Shown: positions 1-12,049 of the stretch, in pieces
How positions within the stretch are numbered: position 1 is the first letter of the stretch
Layout of the letters: the number at the start of each line of letters is the position of its first letter
Origin: Welwitschia mirabilis
Taxonomy: Eukaryota
Length of the DNA: 33,321 bases
Reading direction: 5' to 3'
NCBI GenBank assembly: GCA_051453625.1
Contig: JBOZIK010000001.1
Coordinates: 10,959,041 to 10,992,361, forward strand
The notes under the pieces: model-generated
Databases searched by the model: none
What the model was told of the DNA's origin: nothing
The model's input: the letters and a program-made list of their open reading frames with translations, nothing else
Made by a program: the position numbers and the translations under genes

Positions 1-853
1 AGAATTGATATTAAAAATGTTTTACATAGTTTAGAAACTCTATTAATTAAAGCTTACAAAATGTGGGTTATAACACTGTGATATAAGGTAATTGAATCGA
101 CTAGAAGAAAGTTGAGTTAACTAACATCAATAAAGGCAACCAATTAGGTTAATTGAATGATTCAAGAGGTCAATCAGTTGTAGTAGAAATAAAACTTTTC
201 TAAATCATTTTCTTATTGTTAACCCTTTAATACCTAGTTATTGAAGTGAAAAATTTATTTTTCAATGTTTAAAATCTATTTGCTATATAATCTTAATGAA
301 TAGAAGTCCTTAAAATGGAGTTTTTTGATCTAAAAAAAGAAAATACACCCTTGTATTTTTGATATTTATTCTTAATCAAAAAGGAATCCATTGCACTGTA
401 AGAGCTTATACTTGTAAACTTATTTTTAAGTAATGCATTTCATCCATCTTGTACTATAGATCTAGTGAATCTAGTACATTTAGAAATATTATTTTCATCA
501 AAGTCTTTTCTCTATAAAGATTTAAACTTATCCTTAATATTATAATTATAAAGGTTATAGGTTGACCTAGAAACCTAGAAAGATAGCAACAAGGATTCAG
601 ATCAGCTTAAGATTGAAGTTGATATCTGAGAGTGAAGTAGGAGGATTTTTCTAAACCACTATAAATTGTTTTGTCTGGTGATCCTCTTAGGTATTTTTTA
701 TTTTTGTTATTTGCGTATTCTTTTATTTATTTGATTTTCATTTGATAGTAATTATCATTTCAAATATGTTGTCGATTATCGTGATCATATATAAAGGAAA
801 TTTTTGTTTATAAAACCTATTCACCCTTCTTTTAGGGTTTTGTATATCCTTTA
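1..853 (+). repeat. 5' LTR of Sirevirus element A (5' end just outside window)
   Basis: Aligns by eye with 24997-26071 (e.g. GAATAGAAGTCCTTA at 298 and 25521). TATA box CTATATAA at 283-290. U5 motif ACCTATTCACCCTTCTTTTAGG at 815-836 is a decayed form of the Sirevirus ACCTATTCACCCCCCCTCTAGG. Ends CCTTTA (decayed ..CA) 2 bp before the PBS. Confidence 0.9.
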
Positions 854-855
854 TT

Positions 856-867
856 TAGTATCAAAGC
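856..867 (+). promoter_or_regulatory. Primer-binding site, tRNA-Met-i type (decayed)
   Basis: TAGTATCAAAGC equals canonical TGGTATCAGAGC with two G>A transitions, 2 bp after the LTR end. Confidence 0.85.
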
Positions 868-918
868 TAAGTTGAATTAGTAGTAGATTTTAATAGATCT
901 TGACTCATAACCCTGTTC

Positions 919-2530
919 ATGGATAACCCTTCAGATGAATTCTCTAGTAGAAGACCATTACTAGTTAATGAAACTAACTATGCCTATGGGAAGGTCAAGA
1001 TGAGAATTTTTCTTAGGTTCCTTAATGTTGATATAGAAGAGGTTATCTACAATGGGCATGAAAAACTTACAATTATTAAAAAATATAGTAGTGGGAACAC
1101 CATAACCATTATAAAACCAAGAACCAATGGACTTTTATTAATAAGGCTAAGGTAACCATAGATGCCTGTACTATTAATTCTATTTTTCATGTAGTCTATT
1201 TAGAACAATTCAAGGGGATTGTAAATTCTATGTCCATCAAAGAAGCATGGAATATTCTTAAAATAGCTCATTAAGGTATGTCTACCATAAAATAGGCAAA
1301 ATTGTAAATGCTCATCTCCAAGTTTGAATACATTTGTATGAAAGAGAAAGAAACTCTTTAGGAGTTCTTTATTAAACAAAAAAATACAGTAAACTTAATG
1401 GCAAGCCTAGGAGAAAATATGGATGAAGTAAAAGTGGTAAGAAAAGCTTTAAGATTCATTCTTAAGAATTTTAAGTGAAATATCACTACCATTAAAGAAA
1501 GTAAAAACATCAACTAGATTGCTTGGATGAACTACAAGGTAATATTCAAACTTATGAATTAAAGTTCCTTAAAGATAAAAAGAAACTTCTAATGTTAAAA
1601 AGTGTGCAGGAGGAAGCCAAATTTAAAAGACCAAATGATGATCTTAAAGAGGATGAGGTTGCATTATTAGCAAGAAGATTCAAAGGATTCTTACACAAGA
1701 AAAAAAAGAGATGGGAAATCAAGAAAGGAACTTAGAAGAAGTCAATATAAGCTAAGAAGAGATTAAGAGAAAGAAAAGGAGATCCAATGCTATGCTTATA
1801 AAGGATATGGACATGTTGCAAATAAATGTCCTAATAATAAAAAGAATCAGGAAAAATCCAAGAGATCATCTTTTATTACCACTTGGACTAATGTGAATAA
1901 AGAAGAAGATAGTAGCTTCAGTTAAGAGTCAGATGGAGATAGGAGAATTTATTTCATGGTAATAGTACCTTCTTTAAAAGAGGGTCTTGTTTAACTAAAC
2001 TAAATGATTTATATATCATAAAGGAAGAACAATAAGGATTAGAAGATGCATGTTAAGAGCTATACTTAGAATGTGAAAATCTAGCAAAATGAATAAATGG
2101 ACTAAACAAATGATAAAGGCTCTAAACAAGGAAAAGGAAGCTTTGAAGGCCAAATACAAGAAGTTTTAAAAGGAGAACATAGAGCTAATTCAAAAGGTAT
2201 AAAGTTTATCTCATTTTATAAGTAAATTTTCTAACAACTCTAGTAAATTGAAACAAATGCTTGAAATAGAAAAATTTATTCATGATAAAAGAGGTATTAG
2301 ATTTATCTCCTTAAAACTAACCACTTTTTTTGGTGAGTTAATATGAAAAAATAATAATTTTGTTTTAGATATTACCTATTACTTTTATAAAAAATCAAGC
2401 TACTTAACATTATTTTGCAAATTTAGAAAAGTGATGCTCTTTTCAAATCATACTAGTCATTTTCCATTTAAATTTATTTCTAAAACTTTTGTATCATAAT
2501 AGTCCAAAAGAACTAAGTGGGTAATGCTAA
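919..2530 (+). pseudogene. gag: Sirevirus extended gag pseudogene (two decayed CCHC zinc knuckles)
   Basis: N-terminus RPLLVNETNYAYGKVKMRIFL resembles copia RPPxFDGxNYxYWKxRM. Also DELQGNIQTYE and EVALLARRFKGF. Knuckle CYAYKGYGHVANKC at 1788-1829, DKRGIRF at ~2284, second decayed knuckle at 2377-2418. Many stops and frameshifts. Confidence 0.85.
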
Positions 2531-2559
2531 CAATTTAAAAATCTTATTAATTGAAATAG

Positions 2560-5510
2560 CATTTACAACTTTAAGTGGAACTTATTGATACTTGGATAGT
2601 GGATGCTTTTAGTACATGATAGGTGATAAGTCAAGATTATAATGCTTAGACAATTTTAATGGATAAAAAGTAACTTCTAATAATGATTAAAAGGTAAAAC
2701 TAAAGGAATTAGAAGCATTGGTGGAGGTAAAATACCTAAAATTAATAAATTTTTGTATGTAAATGGTCTTAAACATAATTTACTTAGTATCAGTAAAATT
2801 TGTGATAATATTACTCAAATTTGTGATAAAGGTTATAGAGTTATTTTTTATTGTCAAAAATGTAAACTTATACATGATGGAATAGATAATATTATATTAA
2901 AGAAAATAGAATAAACAATTTTTATAGTATTGATTAACCCTCATCTATATATCATTTTTCGCACATAAACCAAGAAGAGTTATGGCACCAATGTTTAGGT
3001 CATGTAAACTATGATTAACTTAAGATAATTATTAAAAAGAAAATCATGAGAGGAATTCTTAAAATCAATATTAGTAAATATGATTTATGTGATACATGTC
3101 AAAAAGGAAAATAAATAATAATCTCCCATAAAATTAAAAACATAGTTTCCACAACAATGTCTGTTGAACTTATTTATATGGACTTGGTGGATCCTTCTCA
3201 AACTAAAAGCCTAATTGAAAAAAATATTTTTTAATAATTATGGATGACTATTCTATGTTCACTTGGATTACTTTCTTAGGAAATAAGGCTGAAACCTTCA
3301 AAAGTTGTGTTGAAATCTACAAACAAATTCAAAACAAAAAGAGGTATACTATTAAACAAATTAGCAATGATCATGAAGGAGAATTTGAAAACCATCTTTT
3401 AAAAAATACTATATGTAAAATTAAATAGAATATTAGTTTTCAGTACTAAAAAAAATGGAGTAGTAGAAAGAAAAAACAATGTCCTTTAAGAGATGATTAG
3501 AGCAATGCTAAATAATAAGGAGGTACCAAAAACATTTTGGGTTGAAGCAGTAAGCACTACATGCTATATTATTAATAGAGTACATCTAAGACCAAACATG
3601 GATAGAATCCTCTATGAACTTTGAAAAGAAAAAAAACCAAATGTTTCTTGTTTTAAAGTCTTTAGAAGTAAGTATTTTATTTTGAAAGATAGAGAACATT
3701 TGAGAAAATTTAAGTCTAAGGTAGATGAAGAAATTTTTCTTGGATACTTAACTAGAAGTAGAGCTTATAAGTTCTCCAACAAATGAATTATAATATTGGA
3801 AGAGTCCATAAATGTAAAAATTAATAACAATAATCCCAAGCCTCTTCCTACACATGACGAAGAACATCTCTCTCAAAATATCACAATCAACTCTCAAACA
3901 TTTCAAAGATCTAAAGAGCCACCCTCTAAACTTAGTTATTAGATATGTAAAATTAAGAATGCACACAAGAAATCCTCTAAAAAATTTATGTGCTCACATT
4001 TTCTATCTCTCTCTAGTTGAACCCAAGAAATATGAAGTAGCTAAAGCTCATGAAGAGTGGATGATGGATATGCAAGAAGATTTACAATAATTTAAAAGAA
4101 ATGATGTTTGAAACTTAGTGAAAAGATATANNNNNNNNNNCAAAATATGATTGAAACAAAGTAAATTTTTAAGAATAAATGTAATGAACACAATAATGTA
4201 ATTAAGAACAAGGAAATATTAATGGCTCAAGGTTATAATTAGATTGAATGGATTTCTATAGAAGATACTTTTTCTCTAATGCTAAACTAAATAGCATTCG
4301 AATGCTTCTTTTAATTACAACCTTTAAAAATTTTAAAGTTTTCCAAATGGATGTAAAACATGTATTCTTAAATGGTATTCTTAATGAATAGGTATATGTG
4401 GAATAATGAAAAGATTTCATAGATTCTCATAAATCAAAACATGTCTATAGATTTAATAAGAACTTATATAGATTAAAATAGGCATTAGAGCATGGTATGA
4501 AAAACGAATAACTTTTTTTGGAGGATAATGGTTATAGCCAGGGAGCTACACATAAAACTCTCTTCGTTAAGAAATTAATGATATAATTTTTGGAACTTTA
4601 AAATAGGATCTCGCAAAAGAATTTGTTAACATCATCACAACTCATTTTGAGATGAGCATGATAGGAGAAGTAAGCAGATTCCTAGGGTTAAAAAATAGGC
4701 AAACCAAGCATGGAATTTTTATTTCTCAATCAAAATATACTAAGAAATTGGTAAAGTGATTTGGCCTTGATAATACAAAATCGATCATCACTCTCATGTC
4801 AACATCCTATAAAGTCAGTTTTGATGATCACAAAAAATTAATTAATTAAAGACCCTATAGGAGCATGATAGAAAGCTTATTGTATTTAATAATCAATAGA
4901 TATGATATAATGTTTAGCATAGTTGTGTATGTTAGATATCAAGTAAACCCTAAGAAATCTCACCTTCAAGCTATCAAAATAATCGTATGATACATAAAAG
5001 GTGCTAATGATTATGATTCATGATATCTAGAAGGCATATTATTAGAACTTGTAGGATTTAATGATTTAGATTAAACAAGGTACAAGAATGATCGAAAAGG
5101 CACAAGTGGAAATTACTTCTTTCTTAGATCATATTTAGTAGGATGGACAAGTAAGAAACAAAATTCTATCTTTCTTTTCATTATAAAAGTAGAATTTATA
5201 GTAGTAGGAAGTTATTGCATACATCCTCTATAAATGAAGGAAATGCTCAAGGATTTTAAAATTAATTATAATTATACACCCCTTTTTTTGTGATAATATG
5301 AGTGCAATTAGTATATTCAAATATCTTATTTAGCATTCTCATACTAAATAAAAGATATCATTTTCTTATAGATTAAGTCAAAAAAGGTAATATTTCTATG
5401 AATTACATAAACATTGATCAATAGCTAGCTGATATTTTCATGAAACCATAGAGCTTTGATAAATTTCTAAACCTTTAAAATGAATTTGAGGTTCTGTAAT
5501 CATTCTTGGA
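2560..5510 (+). pseudogene. pol: Copia pol pseudogene: protease, integrase, reverse transcriptase, RNase H
   Basis: PR: *YLDSGCF*YMIGD at 2586-2624. INT: LWHQCLGHVN ~2980, CDTCQKG ~3088, ELIYMDLVDP ~3166, DDYSMFTW, FWVEAVSTT. RT: EPKKYEVA..EEWMMDMQEDL ~4018, FKVFQMDVKHVFLNG ~4331; the YVDD motif is partly deleted near 4577 (NDIIFGT remains). RH: LVGFNDLD ~5048, CDN ~5290, Q*LADIFMKP ~5419. 10-N gap at 4131-4140. Confidence 0.93.
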
Positions 5511-5524
5511 CTAAAAGTAGGGTA

Positions 5525-5721
5525 GTTGACTAGAATTTTAATATAATCAACTAGACTTGAATAAGTTAGATCGACCACATTTTATTCTAGTTATTGGAAC
5601 TCATCCCAGGTGCAATTTATTTTATGTTGGGTTAATGGAACTATAGTCTTAGTTAATTGGATCTAGAAAAAATTGATCCACATCTTAAAAGTTTGACTAG
5701 AATTTAATCTAATTGACTAGA
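5525..5721 (+). repeat. Decayed tandem array of a ~10-bp palindromic motif (inferred ancestor ~GTCGACCGGA) with ~20-21 bp period, between pol and env-like ORF
   Basis: Units: GTTGACTAGA 5525, ATCAACTAGA 5546, ATCGACCACA 5570, GTTAATGGAA 5631, GTTAATTGGA 5652, ATTGATCCAC 5672, TTTGACTAGA 5692, ATTGACTAGA 5712. Related units occur in U3 of both LTRs. Confidence 0.65.
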
Positions 5722-5898
5722 TTTATATGATTTTTAGTGGAACAAAGGTAGTGGACTTAGTTTTTTCCTTAAAAATAGCTTATTTCATTATTCTTTAAAA
5801 GTGTTTGGATCCATCTATCTTCCATCTATTTCTCTCTTCTTTTGTTGGTTTTCTTCCTTTTTTAATCTCTTGTCTTTAGCAAGTATCACAAGCCATCC

Positions 5899-6912
5899 AT
5901 GGCTAAGGGATCTTCCAGAATAATAAGGTAAAAGGAGTCACCTAGAAAAGATTTAATTTATTTTTATTCAATAATGTTAGATGAATCTATTAACAAGTTT
6001 GTAGAGAATTTTAAAAACAAATCTATCTACCAAGAGTAACCAGTTACCTTAGGAGAGCTCAGATAGCTTTATGACATGGTAAGACTTTTAAATAATCTAG
6101 ACCTATCCATTTCCTTGAAGTTTTTGGTTTAGCCTACCCATTCCTTACATGTTCTATTTAAATGCTACCTATGATGTTAATTTCACTACTTTTTTCATAT
6201 TATTTTTGAGTAAGAGAATAAAAGTCATCTTAGATCTGATAGTCTTCCTTACAAATCTTTCCAGACTATCCTATGAGGAGTTCTGGCCCTTACGTAACCC
6301 CATGAAGAAAAAGGTGAAGGTTATTAAGGAGCTTTATGGTAAGTTTATTTAATGGAAAACATCCTTTTTACTTCTCATCTCACTCCTAAGTATTAGTTTA
6401 TTCATCTTATGTTTACTTATAATTTCTTATATCTTACTAGTTATTGTGATAAGACCTCTACCTACTGAGTGTATCTTTTGTATTTGGTACTCATCACTCC
6501 ATTGATTAAAAATATGGTCTCTTAAATTGAGTATAATAAAACTATAAATCTTTCTTTCTTAGTCAATATTACAAATATTTATTAGCATTTAGGATACAGA
6601 TGCACCTCAAGCTTGAAGCATTGATCCCCATGTCTTCTATTGGATATGCCACTCTATCTTGCATGCATATCTTTTTTGGTTCTAAGAAATCCTTCAAAAC
6701 CTCTTCTCCCAAGTAGGCCTCTCCTAATGAGACTTTTTTTAATCTAAAAAGGCCTGATTCTTATACTTGTCACATAAAAAAGGCTCTTATTACAACTAGC
6801 TATGAAATCATAGACACTTGTCAATTCTCATTATAAGAAGGAAAAAAAAGAAGAAGGAGAAGATGACCCTAAATCAGAAGAAAAATATAAATAAGAACAG
6901 GAGTTTGAATAA
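5899..6912 (+). pseudogene. Sirevirus env-like extra ORF, decayed
   Basis: ATG at 5899, downstream of pol. Remnants DESINKFVENFKNKSIYQE*PV, AYPFL..FYLN (YPxLVxxFYxN-like motif of plant env-like/transposon proteins) and HLTPKY*FIHLMFTYNFL. Acidic tail ends GAG TTT GAA TAA at 6912 and is followed by a PPT-like tract. Confidence 0.7.
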
Positions 6913-6950
6913 TTTTGAGTCTCTCTATTTCTCTTCTTTATCATGACATC

Positions 6951-6965
6951 AAAAGAAGGAGAAAA
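6951..6965 (+). promoter_or_regulatory. Upstream polypurine tract (Sirevirus multiple-PPT signature)
   Basis: AAAAGAAGGAGAAAA preceded by TGACATC, a decayed (TGATG..C)AAAGGGGGAGAA. Further copies at 24915-24922 and 24985-24996. Confidence 0.65.
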
Positions 6966-7238
6966 TATAGTGTAGATCTTATTGTTCTACTACTTGTTTC
7001 TTATCTTTCTATGATTGTTATATGGTTCAAACTTAAAAAACTACTTCTACTCTTATTGTAATGCTCAGTTGTAGTTACTTTTATATCAGTTTTTTTAATT
7101 TTTACTCTTTTTAAAATGGTTATTTATATTACCTTTATTAAAAGTAATGAATATTATATTACCTCCAAAATGCTCATCAAGAAGTCTCTTACTTTAATCA
7201 TTTGAATTTTAATGTATGTAAATAAGCAATAAATGTTT

Positions 7239-7243
7239 TATTA
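7239..7243. repeat. 5-bp target-site duplication TATTA of element 1 (partner at 24873-24877)
   Basis: TATTA directly precedes TGTTGC at 7244 and directly follows the LTR end ACAAGA at 24872. Confidence 0.85.
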
Positions 7244-8480
7244 TGTTGCAATATCAAATTATATGCATTTGATATGGTATTTTAAGTACGTTTGTAGGAC
7301 ATTTAGACAAGTTTAGATAGAATTATAATGATTATGGAGAATCAAGAAGATGATCACAAAAACATGTAATTCTAAACATATTTGGAGGTGCTTTAAAAAG
7401 ATTCTGATACTTAGCACTTTGACAAAAAAATAATGATGTAGAAGGATAATTTCTCTTAGCTAGAATATTTAAGAATACTATCATTCCCTATGTTGTCTAG
7501 ACAAAATCCAAGATTACATTGATGCTGACTTAAACTAAAACTATAGGGCTGACTATGGGACTAGAAGCTGATAAATCACCTTTTATTGTAGGGTATCATT
7601 CCCAGTGTTATCTAGATAATAGCTAGGATGACAACTATTTTTTATAAATGAAAACGAATTACTTTGGTAATGAAGTCATGCATTTCATATGGGTTACTAA
7701 GGTTTCTTTTCTAAATTCTATGGTTTGAATTATAGAAAATTATAAATACCTCCTTGACTTTACTCCTATTTTTATCTTTAGTATTAGATATTCTTATGAT
7801 GAGAGATTGAAGGAAAAGAGGTTTATCTATAGTCATAGAGAGAAATCTTTCTTAGTGTTGAGCTAAGCATCCTTCATTAAGGTGTTGCTACTTTCTTTAT
7901 AAGTAGATATTAGTTCATGATTAATATTCAAACTCTTTTCGCTTGTATTATGTAAACCTCCCTTATGTTTAAGTTGATTATGATTTTGTGATAATTTCAC
8001 AGTTTATCTAAATCATAAAGATAACCTTTGTTAAGATTGATATTATTAGTTTAGATATTATATTTCATTCTATTACATTTCTATATTTGCATTTATTCAT
8101 ATTTTATTTGATTTATCTTATAGCTTATGTTAATTAGGGATAGGTGATAGCTCTTCCTAATTGATCTAAGTTGTAAGGGCTAATATTTGTGACAAAAGGA
8201 TTATTAATCTAATAGATTTATTACACTTGCATTTCACTCATTTGCATTTCATCATCATTCATCTTGCATTACATTTACATTGTTTTCTATTTTAAATTTA
8301 CTAAAATGGAAAAAACTAAAAATACCTTGTTGAAATCAATTATCTAACTTATACCCTAGTACCTTCAATATGACATTCATGTTAATTTTTTTCTATACTA
8401 GTGTCTATTTTTCTACAAGTATTAGTGATTTACAGGATCTCCTTAGGGACTTCAAGATTGTACAAATTCACACTATAACA
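7244..8480 (+). repeat. 5' LTR of element 1 (1237 bp)
   Basis: Starts TGTTGC, ends ATAACA (family termini TGTTGC...GCAACA). TATAAATA at 7741-7748. Homologous to three other copies in the window. Confidence 0.92.
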
Positions 8481-8502
8481 TTTTTAGTGTCATTGTTAGG
8501 GA
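8481..8502 (+). promoter_or_regulatory. Primer-binding site, Athila tRNA-Asp type (decayed)
   Basis: TTTTTAGTGTCATTGTTAGGGA vs typical Athila TTTTTGGCGCCGTTGCCGGGGA: 7 differences, all C>T or G>A. Confidence 0.85.
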
Positions 8503-8639
8503 AGGCCATAAGAAGTTGGAGAATTATCACTATCTATATAGGTATCTTATACTTTAATTTAATTATTTATTTCAAATAGTATTGTATTTCTATTCTAGTT
8601 TCTATAGGTTTATTTTTCTATAATTTTTCATTTTGGTAG

Positions 8640-9876
8640 TGTTTCAATCTTAGTTTATATGTATCTAATGGGTAATTTAAGTACTTTTGTAGAACATTTA
8701 CATAAATTTATATGCAATTCTGATAATTATGAAGAGTGAATGAAATAATCACAGAAACATGTAATTATTAGCATATTTGAAAGCATTTTGGGTAGATTCT
8801 GATACTTAGTGGTTTGAAGAAAAGATCAATGATGCAAAAGGATAATTTATCTTAATTGAAAGCTTTGTGAAGAATGTCATCCTTTATGTTATTTAGATGA
8901 TAGTCAAGACAATAGTGTGCTGATATGGACTCTAGACTATAGGGTTAATTATGGATCCAGAATCTGATGACTTATTTATTATTACAAGGCATCATACTTA
9001 GTGTCATTCAGATAATAGAAAGAAAGAAGACTATTTTATATGAATAAATCTAATCATCTTTGTAATTGGGTCATGCACCTCATATAAGTTATTAGGATTT
9101 TGTTTTGAGCTTCCATGGTTAAGTTTTCAGAACCTTTAATGTAAAACTATAAATACCTCCCTTGTTATCATTTCCAATTCATTTTTTTAATACTAGAAAG
9201 TCTTGTAATAGGAGATTGAAGGATAAAAGTTCCATCCTATGCTACAGAGAGAAGTCTTCCTTAGTGTTGGACTATGTATCCTCCATTGAGGTGCTGCTAC
9301 TTTTTTTGTAAGTGGATGTTAATTCATTATCAAGACAAAGATTCCTTTTATTTTTATTATGTGAACCTCCCTCATGATTTAAGCTGGTTATGATTCTATG
9401 ATAGCTTTATAGTTGATCTAGATCATAAGGGAAACCTTTACTAGGGTTGATACTATTAGTTTAGATTTTCATTTATTTCACATTGCATTTTCATAATTTC
9501 ATATTTTGTTTGATGTATTTTATAGCTTATGTTGGTTAAGGTTACGTAACAATTTTCCTAATTGATCTAAGTTATAAGGACTGATCTTGATGACAAGAAG
9601 ATTGGAATTAAATAGATTCATCATTTATCACATTTGCATTTCATCATCATTTATTCTTGCATTGCATTTTCATTGTTTGTTGTTTCATTTACCTAAAGGA
9701 AAAAAGATTAAAAATACTTTTTTGAAATCAATTATCTAACCTCTAGCCTAGTGCCTTTAATGAATTATGACATCAAGATTAACTCCCATCTATACTAGTG
9801 TATGTTTTTCTGTAACCATTGTAATTTATAGGATCTACTTAAAAACTTGAGGATTGTACAAATTCACATAGCAACA
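8640..9876 (+). repeat. 5' LTR of element 2 (1237 bp)
   Basis: Starts TGTTTC, ends GCAACA. TATAAATA at 9148-9155. Colinear with 7244-8480. Confidence 0.9.
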
Positions 9877-9897
9877 TTTTGATGCCATTGCCAAGGA
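9877..9897 (+). promoter_or_regulatory. Primer-binding site, Athila tRNA-Asp type (decayed)
   Basis: TTTTGATGCCATTGCCAAGGA: 5 transitions from TTTTGGCGCCGTTGCCGGGGA. Confidence 0.88.
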
Positions 9898-10233
9898 AGG
9901 CCACAAGATGCTAAAGGATTATCACTATCTAGATAAGTACCTTGGATTTTAGTTTAAGTTATTTTTCTGTATAACATTATATTTTTATTATAGATTTCAT
10001 AGATTATTTTCTACAATTTTTACCCATAGCATTAATAAGTCCATTGTCCTGTCTGTAGTATAGATAACTGTGTAGATGATGGCCTAAATTTTTTGTTTTT
10101 AATTATTTTACAAAAAAAAAAAAATTTATTCTTTGATATCATAATAATATACACATCATCCTCTCTATTATTTAAATAACTAGACAAATGATTATCAATA
10201 GTTTATCTAGATGATAATCAAGAAAACATTTTT

Positions 10234-12000
10234 ATGCATTTCATAAGGTTAAGAATTCAAATGATTCTAATAAAAAAATAAAACATTAAATAAAATAGAA
10301 CTTGATCTTCATATTGTACTTATCTTCCTTATGATCTTAATTAAACTCTTTTTTTATCCCTCTTAATTATTTAATAAATAGTGATAAAAGGACCCTTGGA
10401 GAAATTCTTTCTAAAAGAAGGAGAAACTTGAGAAATTATTAGGACAATGGTAAGAAAGCACTTTGATAATTTTTTGTAGAATGTGGAAGATTAATACAAA
10501 ATAATGTTGAGAGTGAGAATTGGATTCATTCCTCTTTTCAACCTTCTTATTTTTTCCCTTCTTCTTTTTAAACCTCATATAATAATGACAATGAAAATTT
10601 TTAATATTTTAGGAAATACAACATCCTCCAATTAGTTCAGCCATCCATCTATGATGAATTACTATGAAAAAGATTCATACTCTATGATCTACTATAAGGA
10701 AGAAAATAATTCAATGAAAAAAATGATTAATAAAATGAAGAAGAGGCAAGANNNNNNNNNNTTCAATAATCACTATTATAACGTTAAGGTTCTTTTTTAA
10801 TACAACATTCTTAAACCTATTCTTCTACATCTTACCTTGAGAAAAATGAGGAGAACTTAGAAACAAGTTACAATGATTCTTGATTTCAAATAGAAGATGA
10901 TATTTTAAATCAAACTCTATCATCCCACTCATTAAGAGATGGTAAAGGGGAGACAATGATAACTCAACTTGATTTTTCAATGATAAAGAAAAAAAGAATG
11001 ATTATTTACTAGTTAATAATATTGAGGTATTAGATATATGTCTATCATTCATTTACTACTAGAAAATCTTGATGAGAAATCCATTCATGGAGAATCCAAA
11101 AATCTTTTAATCTATGATGAAGATAATGCTTGCATTTCTCTTGATGATCATTTTGATGAAACTAACAACTTAGAGAATGAGAGAAATATTTAATAAGAGA
11201 AGGAATATATAGTCAAAAATAATGATGAAAACGGTAAAGAAACAAATTAACAAAATAATGATGAAGATAATAATAAAATAATAAACACAATGAAGGACTC
11301 ATAGAGATTCATTCAAAATTCATAGAGGATAGAGTTATTCATTATAATACAAAAAAATCAATCTAAGAACTCTACATATGCTTCTCCATTCCTTTCACCT
11401 ACACTTTCACGTATAACTTTAAATCACATTTTTCTTCTAATTCCACTTTTACATTACCTTATAATCTTGATAATGATAACATTTTTCCATCTCTTCCATT
11501 TGAACCATCCTATCATTCTCAAAGCCATATTTCTTTCCTTTACTTTCATGAGATCCATAATTTTGAAGAGTCTATTTCTAATATCTCTCAATATATTCCT
11601 CTTAAAAACCCATGTGATACTCCAAGAAACATCCTTCTCTTTTCTACCAAGTCCACTTTACCTTATGGTTTTAATAACTACTCTTTTTATAAGTATGACT
11701 TGGAATGTCTTGGAATTTTAAATTAGGAAAAACCTTAGCTTGTTGATAATAATCCATACTTATAAATAAATCTTAAGAAGTTTCTTAATCTTATTAAACA
11801 CTTTACAAATACACTAAGAATTTCTTGAATCCATTCCTTGATTTATACCTTAAATGAATTATGTTATGGTACTCATGCTTTAGGATGTTTTCATAAGAGA
11901 TTATTTATCAATGAGATTTATCACTTCTTTATCTCTTATTTGGATTTTGAAATTTGTGCCTTAGAGATTTTATCCTTTACTCTTTCTTCCTCTAATTGAC
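10234..12000 (+). pseudogene. Decayed chimeric ORF of element 2: short gag-leader N-terminus fused to an unrecognised Asp/Glu/Asn-rich then Ser/Phe/Pro-rich protein
   Basis: ATG 10234 is in frame with a stretch (10264-10306) homologous to 16053-16095 of element 1. Acidic remnant LLENLDEKSIHGESKNLLIYDEDNACISLDDHFDETNNLENERNI at ~11056-11190. Stop-free frames at 11326-11721 and 11367-11726. No homology seen to gag-pol of elements 1 or 3. End coordinate approximate. Confidence 0.5.
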
Positions 12001-12049
12001 TTTACTTCAAAATGATTGTATGCCTTTTATGTTTTATCAATTTGGTTTT

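Noticed and set aside
5525..5721. Regularly spaced short repeats resembling a CRISPR array
   Set aside because: Units are ~10 bp, degenerate and have a ~21-bp period. No cas genes, and the context is a plant retrotransposon with known Sirevirus repeat motifs.
8370..8579. ORF-track hydrophobic 69-aa ORF (also 15693-15875)
   Set aside because: It spans the LTR end and PBS and is not conserved as an ORF in paralogous copies; an AT-rich chance ORF.
8963..8970. CTGATGA in an LTR of a non-autonomous element, suggesting a hammerhead ribozyme (retrozyme)
   Set aside because: The paralogous LTRs read CTGATAA, CTAATGA and CCGACGA, so this is a CpG-decay product of CCGACGA. No GAAA core with flanking stems is present.
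7244..9876. Two adjacent 1237-bp LTRs read as a tandem duplication or a TRIM-like mini element
   Set aside because: They belong to different subtypes, each has its own PBS, and each pairs with a distant 3' LTR (23809 and 14583). Nesting explains the arrangement.
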